Assembly: GCA_951406725.2 (NCBI GenBank)
Contig: OX597816.1
Location: forward strand, 105,524,001-105,588,000
Length of the DNA: 64,000 nucleotides
Source: Octopus vulgaris
Taxonomy: Eukaryota
Direction: 5' to 3'
Positions 1-12,485 of this stretch are shown here, piece by piece. Below the pieces are notes generated by a model. That model made no database searches, was not told the DNA's origin, and saw only the letters and a list, made by a program, of their open reading frames with translations. The stretch's first letter is position 1. The number at the start of each line of letters is the position of its first letter. The position numbers and the translations under genes were made by a program.

Positions 1-475
1 GATGCTTGAAAAGCTGTTATTGTTAAACCAACTACAGTGCTAGGTTTAATTATGAAGTTTATTTAACATTTTCCATTATACCATTTTCAATACTGCAAAC
101 ATTTGGCAGGGTACACTGCCTTGACCAAAAGTCCCAGTGACATTGGGGGAGGGGGCTATAGAATTGTGTATTTTAGAAGGGTGGACTACTCATTCAAAGC
201 TCAGACTTTTCTGAAGAAGAGAGATATTCTCTACAATGTACTAATGAAAGACTTTTCAATTTTAGACTTGTCAATTTTACAATGTTACTGCTGTTTACAG
301 TGGTAAACTGTATTTCCAAGTGGAACTTAATGAGTACTAAGTGAACTAAACCATTAAAAGTTAAGAACCTTGATCACAGACACTGCATCTTGATGATGAT
401 AAAAGACAAACAGTCAATCTTTTAGTTGGTTGTCAGTACTAGAGCTATCTCAATATTTAGAGTATATCAATATTA

Positions 476-855
476 CTAGAAATATTTTTAATTTTGAAAC
501 CCAGCGGATGTATTCCACTGAATTTAGATAAATAATCCTTCAAACAGATGGTCAGTAGCGACTCCTGCTGGGTTCGGCTACTCTGCATTGATAAAGGGCA
601 AATACCCTGAAACATGTCTGCAGATGCCTGACCAGCAAGGGGAAGCGGCTGACCTTCCCTGTTCGAAGGTTATAATGGACACAGGTTTGTGTGTCATATA
701 GCTAGCTAGAGGTGATGGCCTCTTGGAGCTAATCAACGGCAGCTTTCATCCTATATTTATGGACTGCCATATTAGCTTGGCGATAACTATTAATATCCAG
801 TATCGCTGCCGTAGTCTCCTTTAGAGAGACTTAGAAATAATAATATTTCTAATAT
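476..855 (+). mobile_element. Hammerhead-bearing structured non-coding element, copy 1 (retrozyme-like or Penelope-associated)
   Basis: GC-richer island made almost entirely of hairpins, homologous to 36502-36802(-) and 31691-31782(-), flanked by a 39-bp direct repeat (437-475/856-894). Confidence 0.7.
582..624 (+). ncRNA. Type I hammerhead ribozyme (U3-A8 core variant), predicted cleavage after GUC at 618
   Basis: TCTGCA-TTGATAA-AGGG(caaata)CCCT-GAAAC-AT-GTC-TGCAGA: 6-bp stem I, 4-bp stem II, palindromic minimal stem III ACATGT. Confidence 0.75.
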
Positions 856-1169
856 TACTAGAGCTATCTCAATATTTAGAGCATATAAATATTAGAACAT
901 TCCTTTCAGTGCCCCAATAAAAATACATTCTTAAAATAGTTGTTCTTTTTATTTTACTTTAAAACAACAGCATCAAAAATAAAATCAGTAATGATAATTC
1001 TCTTCTACATAGGAGTACAATGTTAAAGATGAAAATAGTGACAGTGGAGTTTATGCCTCTACCAAAGGTATTTGGATTGGGCACAAAGTAAAGCTTACCC
1101 CTCCATTTTGGTACAACAATAACAGTGATAATAATAAATTACAAAAACAAAAGATATCAGTTCTCTCAC

Positions 1170-1361
1170 CTGACGTCCTCTAAACTCAATTTGAAAATTT
1201 TTGGCTGATTCCTGTGTCACACGCCCTCCGAAGTCTAACTGATACACTTGACTACCTTCATTCCATAACGGTGCTTTATTGTACATAACAAACTGACGTC
1301 CTGCACAAACAGTACTGGAACCCATGCGTCGAGGTTCACCCCGACGTCGTGCTTTTCGAAT
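1170..1361 (-). CDS. TULP4: Tubby-related protein 4 (TULP4/Tusp) homolog, coding exon with the C-terminal tubby-like domain (192 nt, phase 0-0)
   Basis: Translates IRKARRRGEPRRMGSSTVCAGRQFVMYNKAPLWNEGSQVYQLDFGGRVTQESAKNFQIEFRGRQ, matching the TULP4 hallmark NKxPLWNExxQVYQLDFGGRVTQESAKNFQIE. Acceptor ttgtttcag|ATT (AG at 1363-1362) and donor CAG|gtgaga (GT at 1169-1168). The expected last exon (VMQFGRID...) is not seen in the window. Confidence 0.95.
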
Positions 1362-2947
1362 CTGAAACAAACAAAAATAAAAATTATATCCTGATTTGTA
1401 TGATACTGCCTTGAGTTCCAATGTCTGACAATCATGATTTCTTAAAGATTTTAGATTTGGGGAGGTTGTGTGTGTGTGTATGGTGGGGGTGGAGTAAGAA
1501 AATGAGAAGCTGTGATGTTAACACCTTTTTTTTCAAAAGTATTAGTACTGCAAAAAAAAAAGAGAAAAATAAATCAAATTGGAAACTCAAACTTATAGTA
1601 TTTATAGGGAACTTATAATTAAATTATGCATGGCAGCTGCTACAGAATACAAGATTGAGTGTGAAGTATAAAAATTTAGATTTTAATAGTTGCACTATGC
1701 ATTTTCACCTCCTCCCCCTCCTCATTATCAACATCAGCAACAGCATTATTAGTTTATTTTTTCCTTACTGACAATCTTACAATAATTTACTGTTGTTCAA
1801 AGTCTAATATTCATAAATCATTTTGACAACAACAAAAGTTAGTGAAGCTACCAGTTGAATTGTCAACCATATTGGAGACTAAATACAACATTTGATCAAT
1901 GTGTTTTAAATTACCCATTTTCTGAACCCTGCCTATTCAGGGTAAATTTTTCTCAATAATTCAAGATTCTTTTCTTTTAATAAACTAAATTGTAGGATCC
2001 AAAGAAAGTAGTGAGAGTGTGTTTTGGCAATTAATCAGTATAAACTCAATAGCTCCCAAATAGTGGGCTTTGAAAAACTCATGCACTGCATGGGATATCT
2101 AGGTATGTTGTGAATTTTAAAAGTATTTGAAAAATGTGACATTCATAATTTTATCAGATTTGTGTGTATTTTATATACCTGTTGGTTTTCTATATATGTT
2201 ATTTTAAAGCTGTTAACCTTAAAACCCCTAAAGCTTAAATCTTAAAAAAAAACATGCTTTTTTAAAACTTCCTACTCAAAATATGTCAGAACTGATTGTT
2301 TGATCTCCAATGCACCATAATGTCAAAAGGATTAAGAATCACTGATATAGACAGTTCAAAAGATGAACAAATTAGTTTACGGCAAGGAAGAGGAAAGGTT
2401 TAATGAAGGGTTTTGTCCAAAGCCTTTAAACTTGACTTTTTACTCAAGGAAAATGAATATGTTCTTCTTTTGTTTTATATGACCTTTAGCTCTCCTACCC
2501 ACCATTCCTTGAAATTACTGCGGTATAACTAACAGAATAGTTCTATGTATAACTATTTATTTAGTAGCAACAGCTGAGGGGTTAAGAAATTTGCACTGTA
2601 GGCAGCCGGTTGGAAATTTGATCCCACTGTATTTCCTTAACTCTTTAGCATTCAGATTATTCTGTTAAATGTAATGCTTGTTTATTCACATTGCTTTCAA
2701 TTAATCCTAAATTATCTTGTAGCTTCAAGATTCTGATGATGTGGTAGTTTATTCATAGAATGACATTGTAGGGTAGGTGTGAGGGATGAGATTTAACCAG
2801 TTTGAGGATAAAGCACTTAGAATATTTTGACCAGATATGGCTAGTTTAAATGTCTTCGACAGTACAGGCTAATCAATACTCTGAGAGAGAAATTTGATAG
2901 ATAGAAATTGTACAGAAGTCCATCATGTATGTGTGTGAGTGTGTATT

Positions 2948-3135
2948 GTTGTTGTTTAATCCTAAGTCAGCCCTGATAAAACACACCTATGATCAAAAGC
3001 CATTCATTGTGATTATCCTATGTGTTTTTATATCTTAGACAATGTTATCTGATGTGTCAGTCCAATAAAATGATTGGGTGTGACTCGAAGGAAATTAGAC
3101 TGCTATTTCTGAAGCAAGAGCACTCATGCAGAGGT
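2948..3135. repeat. Old dispersed repeat family E (probable ancient SINE/LINE tail)
   Basis: gttgtttaa.cc.a.gtcagccctgat...acctatgatcaaa...gtgtga.t.gaagga..tt.g.ctgctatttct recurs at about 19335-19530, 30500-30650, 48855-49010, and inverted at about 8535-8630, 26050-26160, 41370-41450, 49220-49380. Confidence 0.55.
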
Positions 3136-3559
3136 TGACTGTTGTATCTGTGTTTGTCTGTAACTATGTGAGACGGTGCATCAATTTGCACACTACACAC
3201 CAAAATGATAAAACTTAATCATTTGATAAGCAGATCAATGACACAAGTATCAGACTCAAATATATTACTGACATTGATACTGTGAACTAATTGCTCTAAA
3301 AGATAGTACAGTGGCATGGTTGTGATTCAGTAGCTTAAAATAGTTAATTAAATATAGTTGATTGAGGAATGTGACTTAATATCATTAGTACTGACAATCA
3401 TTGGTACAATGACATTAGCTAAGAATATAGGACTCTGCATATAATAAATCTTTGAGTTCAATCTCAGCCCCAGCATAAAGATGAAATGCATTTGTTTTAC
3501 ATGTTTTTCTATACTGGTACAAAGAGGTACTTAATTGAGGCAGTATTATTAAAACTGGA

Positions 3560-3845
3560 AGGCAGCGAGCTGACAGAAACAGGTGAAATGCTTAGCAGTA
3601 TTTCATCTGTCTTTACATTCTGAGTTCAAATTCTACTGAGGTTGACTTTGCCTTTTATCCTTTCGGGGTCGATAAATTAAGTACCAGTTGCATACTGGGG
3701 TCGATTAGGACCCTTCCTCCAAAATTTTGGGCCTTGTGCCTAGAGTAGAAAAGATTATTACAACTGGAAGGTGGTGAGCTGGCAGAAACAGCATGTCAGG
3801 CGAAATGCTTAGCAGTATTTCATCTGTCTTTATGGTCTGAGTATT
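3560..3845 (+). mobile_element. SINE family A (about 200 bp, tRNA-like head), one full and one partial tandem copy
   Basis: ggcagcgagctgacagaa...gagttcaaatt...gactttgccttttatcctttcggggtcgataaattaagtaccag...gattatta. Other copies near 7830-8050, 9143-9356, 18060-18257, 19590-19970, 22349-22555, 22800-22960, 32178-32338, 41030-41245, 45300-45450, 55712-55920, 59060-59290. Confidence 0.85.
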
Positions 3846-5249
3846 TTATAGAATAAAGATGGCTGAAAGAAGCAAACGAAAGCACAATGACTTGGCTGAG
3901 AGTTTCTATCTGTTCTTATACTTACAATAGGGGAGTAAGTGTAGTTATGAGCTCTTAGTTACTGAATCACAAGTTAGAGGTAAAAAATGAAGTAGGATAG
4001 AAAATTAAGCTTCCCAATATTCTATAAAACTACAATAGTAATTTTATTTTTATTTTACTTTTTATATCACTATTGGTGAAGAATAGCATCATAGGGTAAT
4101 GGTTTTTAACAGATTAATGCATTTCTGGTAGCAACTGTAAAAAAATAGTGTCTTTAACATGATGCAGAACAAGCACAACAATGAACTTTATTCAAAAAGC
4201 ACTAATTTTTCAGTTTCCTCAGCAATCTATAACATATTTTACTGATATACATTGCTGGAAAATACCCCACCTATACTTTAATTTATTATTAAAACTGAAG
4301 CTGAGAGTCACTGTAACCTTTACAGTACCTCTACCAAGTGTCCTCTACTATAGCCTAGCTTCAGTTTGACCCAACCTTTGAGAGAATTCCTTGAGCAAGA
4401 TATTTTATTTCATATTGCTCCAGTTCACTTAGCTGTAGAAATGAGTTGTGATGTTACTAGTGGCAAGTTGTATTGACCTTTGCTTTCCCTTTGCATAACA
4501 ACAGTAGTGTGGAGAGGGGACATTGGTATGCATAGGTGACTGCTGGTCTTCCATAAACAACCTTGTTACCCTCAGGGGGTAACTTTTTAGGTGCAATACC
4601 ATGGTCACTCATGATTGATGGGGTTTTTTATCCTTTATCCATTTATACACACACACACATATCTTTGTATTTTGTACATGGCTGATGTCTACTAATGCGC
4701 TCATAAAAGCTCCTAAGCAACTGGTTGCTGGCTACCGTATATTATTCCCAACATGTAAAGTTAATTGTATGGGATTGTTATGTATACGGTACTCTATGTA
4801 ATGCCATACACACTCAACTGAATGCAACTCACAATTTTATCTCCTCCCTCATCTTTTTCTTTCTCTTTCCCACCTTCCATGTCCACCGGCATTGATATGT
4901 AAACAACAAACAACACTATCCCTATCAAAGTTCTTACCTCTAACAATACATCCATCTATCTAATAGTTTGCAAGAATTCACAAATACCACCCAACAGAAC
5001 TTTTTGATTGGTGTAGAATGATTAACATGCTGAAGTCTAAACAAGAAATCCAATGAAAACTAATGCAAAAAGTGCCTGAAGAACTATGCATTTCAAATTA
5101 ATGGGCTCCCATAGGGTCCATGGATATTATAAATAATATTTAATAATATCCTATGAATATGGTGAGGTGGTCCCATAAAAATACATGTAATATCGAAACA
5201 TATGTAGCAATGTGTTAATAAATATATAAAATCTCCATCCATGAGGTAT

Positions 5250-5292
<43 letters not shown>

Positions 5293-5530
5293 TATGTATG
5301 TATACATACATAAATACACACACACATTTAATGGCTACTTCACTTACAAAGCTTGGATCAAACTAAAGTTTTACTACAATAGAAGACATTTGCTAGAGGT
5401 GCTGTGCAGTAGGATCAAACCTGCAATCTTGTGGTTGTAAAGCAAACTTTTTTTACCATGCACAGCCATCCATTTTAACTAAAGTTATAGCTATCATGAA
5501 AGATTAAGAGCTAATCTTTATCTCTACTGT

Positions 5531-5758
5531 TTGACCCTTTAGCATTCATATCACTTTGTTAAATGTATTGCTTACTTATTGACATTGTTTTTAGTTAATC
5601 ATGCATTATCTTGTAGCTTTGAGATTTCAATGATGTGATTGTTTATCTTAAAAATAATATTGTAGGGTAGGTGTGAGAGGCTGGATATGGCTAGTTTGAA
5701 CATAAAATGGGTAGAATATTTTGGCCAGGTATAGCCAGTTTAAATTCTAAATGGTTAA
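5531..5758. mobile_element. piggyBac-type MITE (second copy at about 2637-2852)
   Basis: ttga-ccctttagcatt ... aattctaaatgg-ttaa termini, and close similarity to 2637-2852. Confidence 0.7.
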
Positions 5759-5824
5759 TCACATCAGTCCTGAACTATTTTCAAATGTATTTCAGCCATG
5801 GCTATCTTGTGAAGGTACATGACC

Positions 5825-6157
5825 CAGTGGTGGTTTGAAAGTTGGGCTCACAATCATGAGGTAGTGAGTTCAATTCCTGGACTGGGCTGTGTGTTGTGTT
5901 CTTGAGCAAGACATTTTATTTCGCATTGCTCCAGTTCACTCAGCTGTAGAAATGAGTTGTGATGTCACTGGTGCCAAGCTGTATTGGCTTTTGCCTTTCC
6001 CTTGGATAATGTCAGTGGCATGAAGAGAGGAGGCTGGTATGCATGGGCAACTGCTGGCCATCCATAAACAACCTTGCCCAGACTTGTGCCTTGGAGGGCA
6101 ACTTTCTAGGTACAATCCCATGATCATTCATGACTGAAAGAGGTCTTTACCCTTTTA
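5825..6157 (+). mobile_element. tRNA-derived SINE family D
   Basis: B box gagttcaattcc, then gttgtgttcttgagcaagacat...ttgctccagttcactcagctgtagaaatgagt. A 5'-truncated copy lies at about 4380-4640, with related heads at about 13930-14015(-) and 62570-62700(+). Confidence 0.8.
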
Positions 6158-9100
6158 TCTCACTGAGTTTTTCATGCAGTTTGCAACCAAGTGTAAAATG
6201 TGTTCTTTATAAAAGACACTAAGATGTTGCATGAAAAGAGATTTAGCTGTTATTTTTCAGAGGGTCAAATACTTGCATAAAGTCACCTTTTCTTGGTTCA
6301 TTATTGCTTCTGCTTTGGTATAGTGTATAAAAAAGATTCATCAATACTAAAAGCATAACTGAAGTTACACATTAGGACCAAAGCAACACATTAACTAGTT
6401 TAGTGAATAGTTTTAATTCTGTCTTATTTTTTTCTTGTGTTGATTGCATAGATAAAATTTATATCAGATATATTTGATTCAAAGACTTGTTATATAATCC
6501 CAGAACTCAAGAAATGTAAAAGATGTTAGAATGAAACTCAAATCAACTTCTCACTTCTTACCAGTTACATACCTAACATTTTCTTTTATTGGTACCAAAA
6601 CTGACAAAGTTGTCATTATCACTGTCTCAACAGTCTTGTAATGGACTCAACATCATCTATAAATATCTATTTTTATTAGAGTGAAATAGCAGAATCTGAG
6701 GAAACTTATGATAGTGTATGCTGGCAAATAGTAAGTACAAAAAGTTGGCAAAGTGAAATAAAATACTTTGTAGTGATAAAGGGAAGAAATCTAACATTCC
6801 AGGCAGAACATGCTTTATTATAGAAGTAAAATGTGGGAGATGAGGACGTTCTATTAGTAGTGATAGAAGCCATTATCTGAACTTTTAACCTCATCCTTTG
6901 TTTTGTCATGTAAAGCACATCTTCTATCACAGTGTGCTGTGAACTATTGATTGATGCATTGTACTACTTTTTTGAGCTCATACTTCCAATGATTCACCAA
7001 TGCAATATAACAAAAGAAAATATTAAATAATGTATGTCACTAGATAAAGAATGATAATAAAAACTAGGGAAAAAATAAAAGAGGCAATGCTTTTATTATT
7101 TTATATTTTTCATTTTTTTTTTTAGTTAAGAAAAAAAAAGGAAATTATCTTCAAACTGGAAAATCTGAGATGTATGTTTTGTAAAAGAGTGAATTCTACT
7201 GACTCAGTAGATGTATTAAACCAGGTAACAGATTAAGTTGACTATCCAAAGAAAAAAAGGAAAAGAAAAAAGACAACAGACTTCTATTAAGTTTCAGCTC
7301 ACCAGATTTCATTCATAAGGTTTTGGTTAAACTTAGGTTATGATAGAATGATAGTATACACTTGCCCAAGGTGGTGTGTAGTAGCATTGAACCCAAACCA
7401 TGTAGTGTCACAGTAAGTGTCTTAAATGTACAGTATTAGTTGAGAATTTAATCAGTAAACTTAGATCTGAGTTCAGCAATAATGTGGTTTATGTTAATGA
7501 GAGAATTGTTGCACCCTATAATACTCATTGTAAATAACTTTCAATAATCCTTGATACTGCTCCTATGTGAAGAACATAAAAAAACTGAAGGCTTTGATGG
7601 GCTCTAAGGATTCTTTATGTTTGAACAACATTATTGCACACAAACAATTGTAATATCTGGCAGTTATTGGAGAATAATTGACACATGAATAATTCTTCCC
7701 CCTCTCTCTCTCTCTATGGAAGACAATCTTCCAATCAAATTACAGAAACAATGTTCCCCATTGGCTTTCAGAATTGCTGATACTATGTGTCACTTGTAAC
7801 TCTTAACAGAAATACCACCATTTTATGGTAACTGGATGGGATTTGAACTCAAAATACGCAGAGCCAGAACAGATATTGCAAGGGCATCCCCATTTGATGC
7901 TCTGGCAATTCCATCAACCCACAGTCCTGGATTAGTTCTGAAAGGTTGAAAGGCAAAGTTGACTTCAGTGGGATTTGAACTCAGCATTGAGAGAGTTGGG
8001 ACAAATACTGCAAGCGTTCTATTCAACACTCCAATGACTCTGACAATTTGCTGCTTTGATATGTATATGCACATGTGTGTGTGTGTGTGTGCGTGTCTGT
8101 GTGTGTGTGTACGTGCATGTGTGAGTGCGTGTGTGTGTGAGCGAGCATGAATGTGTGTGTAACAAAATGTAATTCTTTTACGTCAAACATATTCCTTGCC
8201 CTTAAGCTGAAAAAGACCAATAAATAAATATTTAGTGCATATTGATAATTTCAGCATTATAATATTATAAATACCACTTAGTAGACATCTATTATACTCA
8301 TCTGTGATACAGTGGATAAAGAGTATTAGAATCCTGTGTGAAGTAAATGTTTATGAGCATAATTCTGATTTGAAAACATGTACACTGGAAATATGATGAA
8401 GACTAAACTGCTTGAAACATATCTGACAAAAAATATATATACAAAAAATATACAGCAAACACGTTTTATATATTTTAGTTTATAACATCAGTTGAATACG
8501 AGCCAACGTAGGTACTTCTACACAACATTTTAATCTGCTAGAAATAGAGGTCGAATTTCTTACAAATCATAACTTACAGTATTTTTTCCTTAAAAAAGAA
8601 GACATTCGATAATGCAATCCTAAATATATCATTCATTTCTTCATATTGCCCATTTTACTACTTGGCATGGGTTGAATAGAGACTTAAAACAGGATTTGAC
8701 AGATAGATGACCTTCCAGTCACCAAATGTTACAGTGGTTTTAGGTAAGAGATTTTTAAAAAAGTTTATTGGTCTTTGAAAGTACAAAGTGACAGGATATA
8801 CTGTAACCATTAGATCCCTGTTTTGCTTGGACAGTGTCATGCAAAGACATGGAATGTCAATGTCCATGCACACACATACATGCAGAAACACACATATATG
8901 TGTCATTGTTCTCATTTTATGTCTACTTTCCATTGTTTTATTGTTTGTTGGTTAGTTGCTGTTTGACAATTTCTGTGCTTTTAAGAAATAAGAAAGCTTG
9001 TGCTGTGGCTTGCTGGTAGTTGGAAGATCCACATACATCATTATGTTTGGTTTTTTCTTTTAATTTACTATCGTTCATTCAGTCTGCTACACTTGCTATA

Positions 9101-12100
9101 AGTACAGTTAACACAGGTTATCAATATTATTATTATTATTGTAGGTGGTGAGCTGACAGAATTGTTAGCATGCTAGGCAAAATACTTAGCAATATTTCAT
9201 GTCTTTACATTCTGAGTTCAAATTTTATCAAAACTGACTGTGCTTTTCATCCTTTTTGTAGTTGATAAAATAAATACCAGTTGAGCGCTTGGGTTGATGT
9301 AATCAACTTAACCCCTTCCTGAAATTGCTGGCCTTAGGCCAAAATTTGAAGCCATTATTTTTATTGTTGTTGTTGTTATTATTATGAATGCTTAGTATGA
9401 TGTTATTATCATTGTTAGGTGGGTTATCTGCTAGATCACGATATAGAGAAAAGAGGGTAGCCCTTAATGTTTGTTTTCCATGCTGGCATGGGTTGGATGG
9501 TTTAAGAGGAGCTATGCCAAGCCAGAAGGCTGCACCCAGCTGCAAGGACTGCTTTGGTGTGGTTTCTACAGCTGGATGCCCCTCTCAATGCCAACCACTT
9601 TACTGAGTATTGTGGGTTCTTTTTATATAGTACTGACACCAGTGAGGTTACCAAGTAACTCACAAAACAAAATCCCCTCAAATGAGTAGGGAATAGTAGT
9701 GAGGGAATTGGCTTTATGCCAGATGATAAAAGGTTAAAGCATAACAGAAGAGTGTCTCACAGACACACACACAATAAATTTTCATACAGTTTCTCTTGAT
9801 CAGTTCCACTCACAAGGCATTGGCAGACTTGAGGCTAATAGTAAAACACACTTCCCCAAGGTGCTGCAAAAGAAAAAATGGGTGATGATGATCATCATCA
9901 ACATTTAATGTCCATTCTCCATACAAGCATGGACTGGATAGTTTGACAGAATTTGTTGAACCATAGAGTCACATTGAGCTCTAATGTCAGTTTTAGCATA
10001 GTTTCTATGGCTGGATGCCCTTCCCAATAACCAAGCACTTTGCAGAGTGTACTGGGTGCTTTTTTGTGCATCACCAACATAAGTGAGATTGTCAAGTAAC
10101 TTGCAAGACAAGAAATGAAAGAACAGGAAGAAAGAAAAAGGGGGGAAAGAAAAAAGAAAAATAGAGAAAGCCTCCTTGACTAAATGGGGGTGGAGTGGGT
10201 GGCAATATTTGCTTGAGAGAGGGAAGAAGGGTGATGGTTCAATGCCAGGTGTTGAAAGACTAGAATATGATGGAAGAACAAGCCCAAGTGTCTTGCTATA
10301 GAGATACAAGGCTACCCCACATATATAAGGGTGGGTGGGAGTAGCTGGAAAGCTGAGGAAACAAGAATAAAGTGGTCGCTGAATACCAGAGTATTGCAAA
10401 ATACAAGGTGGGTGTGAGATGTAGAAAGTGGATTGCAAGGGTTAAGAGTAGAGGTGGATGTAATTAAGTGTTAGTGAAAGATATAAGAGTGGTTTGAGGG
10501 AGATGACTATGGTAAGTGGAGCATTGGTAAGTGGAGAGGACATTAAAAGCAATAGTAGAAGAGAGAATTGTTTAAAATGGAGTACAGTCAAGGAGAAAGA
10601 GCAATGACTGAATGCATGAAAGAGATTGGTGGAAACAGTGTGGGCAAGGATGATAAGCAACATTGATAATGATCGAACAGATTAATAGGATTATTGTGTC
10701 TTATGTTATCTGGTACTTTCCTATGACTCAGTGCTATCCTATACTAGTCCTAACCACTTCAGTGTAATGCTAAGTTTTTGTCGAGTGATTTCTTTCATTT
10801 TTTTTTTTTCAAATATTATCAAATTTATTCACTGATATTAATAAATTTATGAAATCCATTTCTTATAATTTGTCTAATGTATGTTCTAATGTCTGACTCA
10901 AATCAGTTTGAAGTGGAAGCCAATTTATGATGTTTTATTAGAATTCTTTGAAGGAAAGATGTCACTGACAAGTGTAATAATCAAATGGAAACCATAATGA
11001 TTTTCTTCAGTCTTCTTTTGGATCAAATAAGTGATTACACCAATGTATAATAATAATACCAAGTTGATATGGCAATGTAATAAAACTAGCTGTTACACAG
11101 GAGCTTTATTATGTCAGTTTTTGCTAAGAGGCAAGAAGGATATTTGATTATCAAAGTCAACAAAACTGTGAACTCAGAAGCAAAGAAGGAGATTTTTATT
11201 ATTCAATGTTATAATCTTCTCTATGAGAAGAACCAAACTAATAGCTTCAGCTTCATTTTTTCTTTCTTTTCATATAAATCTCTCATAGGGTGCCAAATTT
11301 ATCCAAGAAGATCAGTCTAAATCTTTTATATATATACTCTCAACATACATACTCGGTCATCACCCATACACACTTCAAAAGGATATTATTATAATCTATA
11401 ATAATCTTTTAGATGAACTCGAACACCAGCCTTCAAATGAGATATATATTTCCTTTTCAACAACCAACTGTTAGTGAGAGGTGTTTCCAAAATGAAATAC
11501 AGGTGCAGCCATGATCACTTTGCAACCATGTGGTTTCAGGTTCAGTTTCACAGTACAGCACCTTGGGAAATTATGATCACTGAATAGAAATCTTCATTTA
11601 TATTTTACTTGTTTCAGTCATTAGACTGTGGCCATGTTGGGCACATTACTTTGAAGGGTTTTAGCTGAACAAACTGACTCCAGTATTTATTTTTTAAAAG
11701 TCAGGTATTTTTTCTATAAGTCTCTTTTGCTAAACTGCTGAGTTGCAATGACATTAACATACTAACACCAGTTGTCAAGTGGTGGTGGGGACAGACAAAG
11801 AGACACACACACAAACACACACGCACGGGCGTGCACACACACACACGCGCGCTTACACACACACACACACACACAAAACTTAATTAACATGTAAAACACA
11901 GATCTTGTTCTATTTTAAGACAAAAACCTCTAAACCCTAATTTATAGCCTACCTCCTATGTTACACTCTTTGGTGTCAGTGCATATGCAGGTTACACTCA
12001 CTTCTCACCTGGATATGAGCAACAAAGACTTGTATTAGCTCTGGCTCCAAAGTCTCCTTCCTACTATTCTTCCAGATACATCTGCTTATTCTATCATTCT

Positions 12101-12485
12101 CTGAACCTCTTCAACCATCCACAGCTTTTCTTGTGTTGAGGAAATCTATCTCACTTCACCTTCAGCCAATGTTCTGTCAAATGATAGTCCTCAGTGGCTT
12201 CAACAATAATCTCACACTGATGCTACTGGTGCAAGTACTAAATCTCTTGAAACTATCAGCAGAATTACCTACCACACCCCCATATGCTACACAATACCCT
12301 CACCTCATCTACATTAAAGCAATCCAAGTTAATAGATTACTTGGAGCTCTACCAAATCTATGTTAACAATCAATAGCAGTGGATATGCTTCACTGGGGTG
12401 GGACTGACACCAGCCTTCTAGATATGTTTCCCCACAACCTGCACACAAAACTTACATACCCAAGCCATTCAAATGGTTTATTAAT

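Noticed and set aside
1095-1421. 108-aa ORF as a complete protein
   Set aside because: Both ends run into intron sequence; only 1170-1361 is exonic.
6706-6990. Possible extra minus-strand exon
   Set aside because: In-frame stop upstream of the ORF and no convincing splice-site pair.
8393-8428. atgatgaag...cttgaaacatatc hammerhead-like spacing
   Set aside because: Core, stem I and cleavage triplet are all defective.
9905-10438. 177-aa minus-strand ORF
   Set aside because: Overlaps a family C SINE and low-complexity purine-rich sequence, with no recognisable domain.
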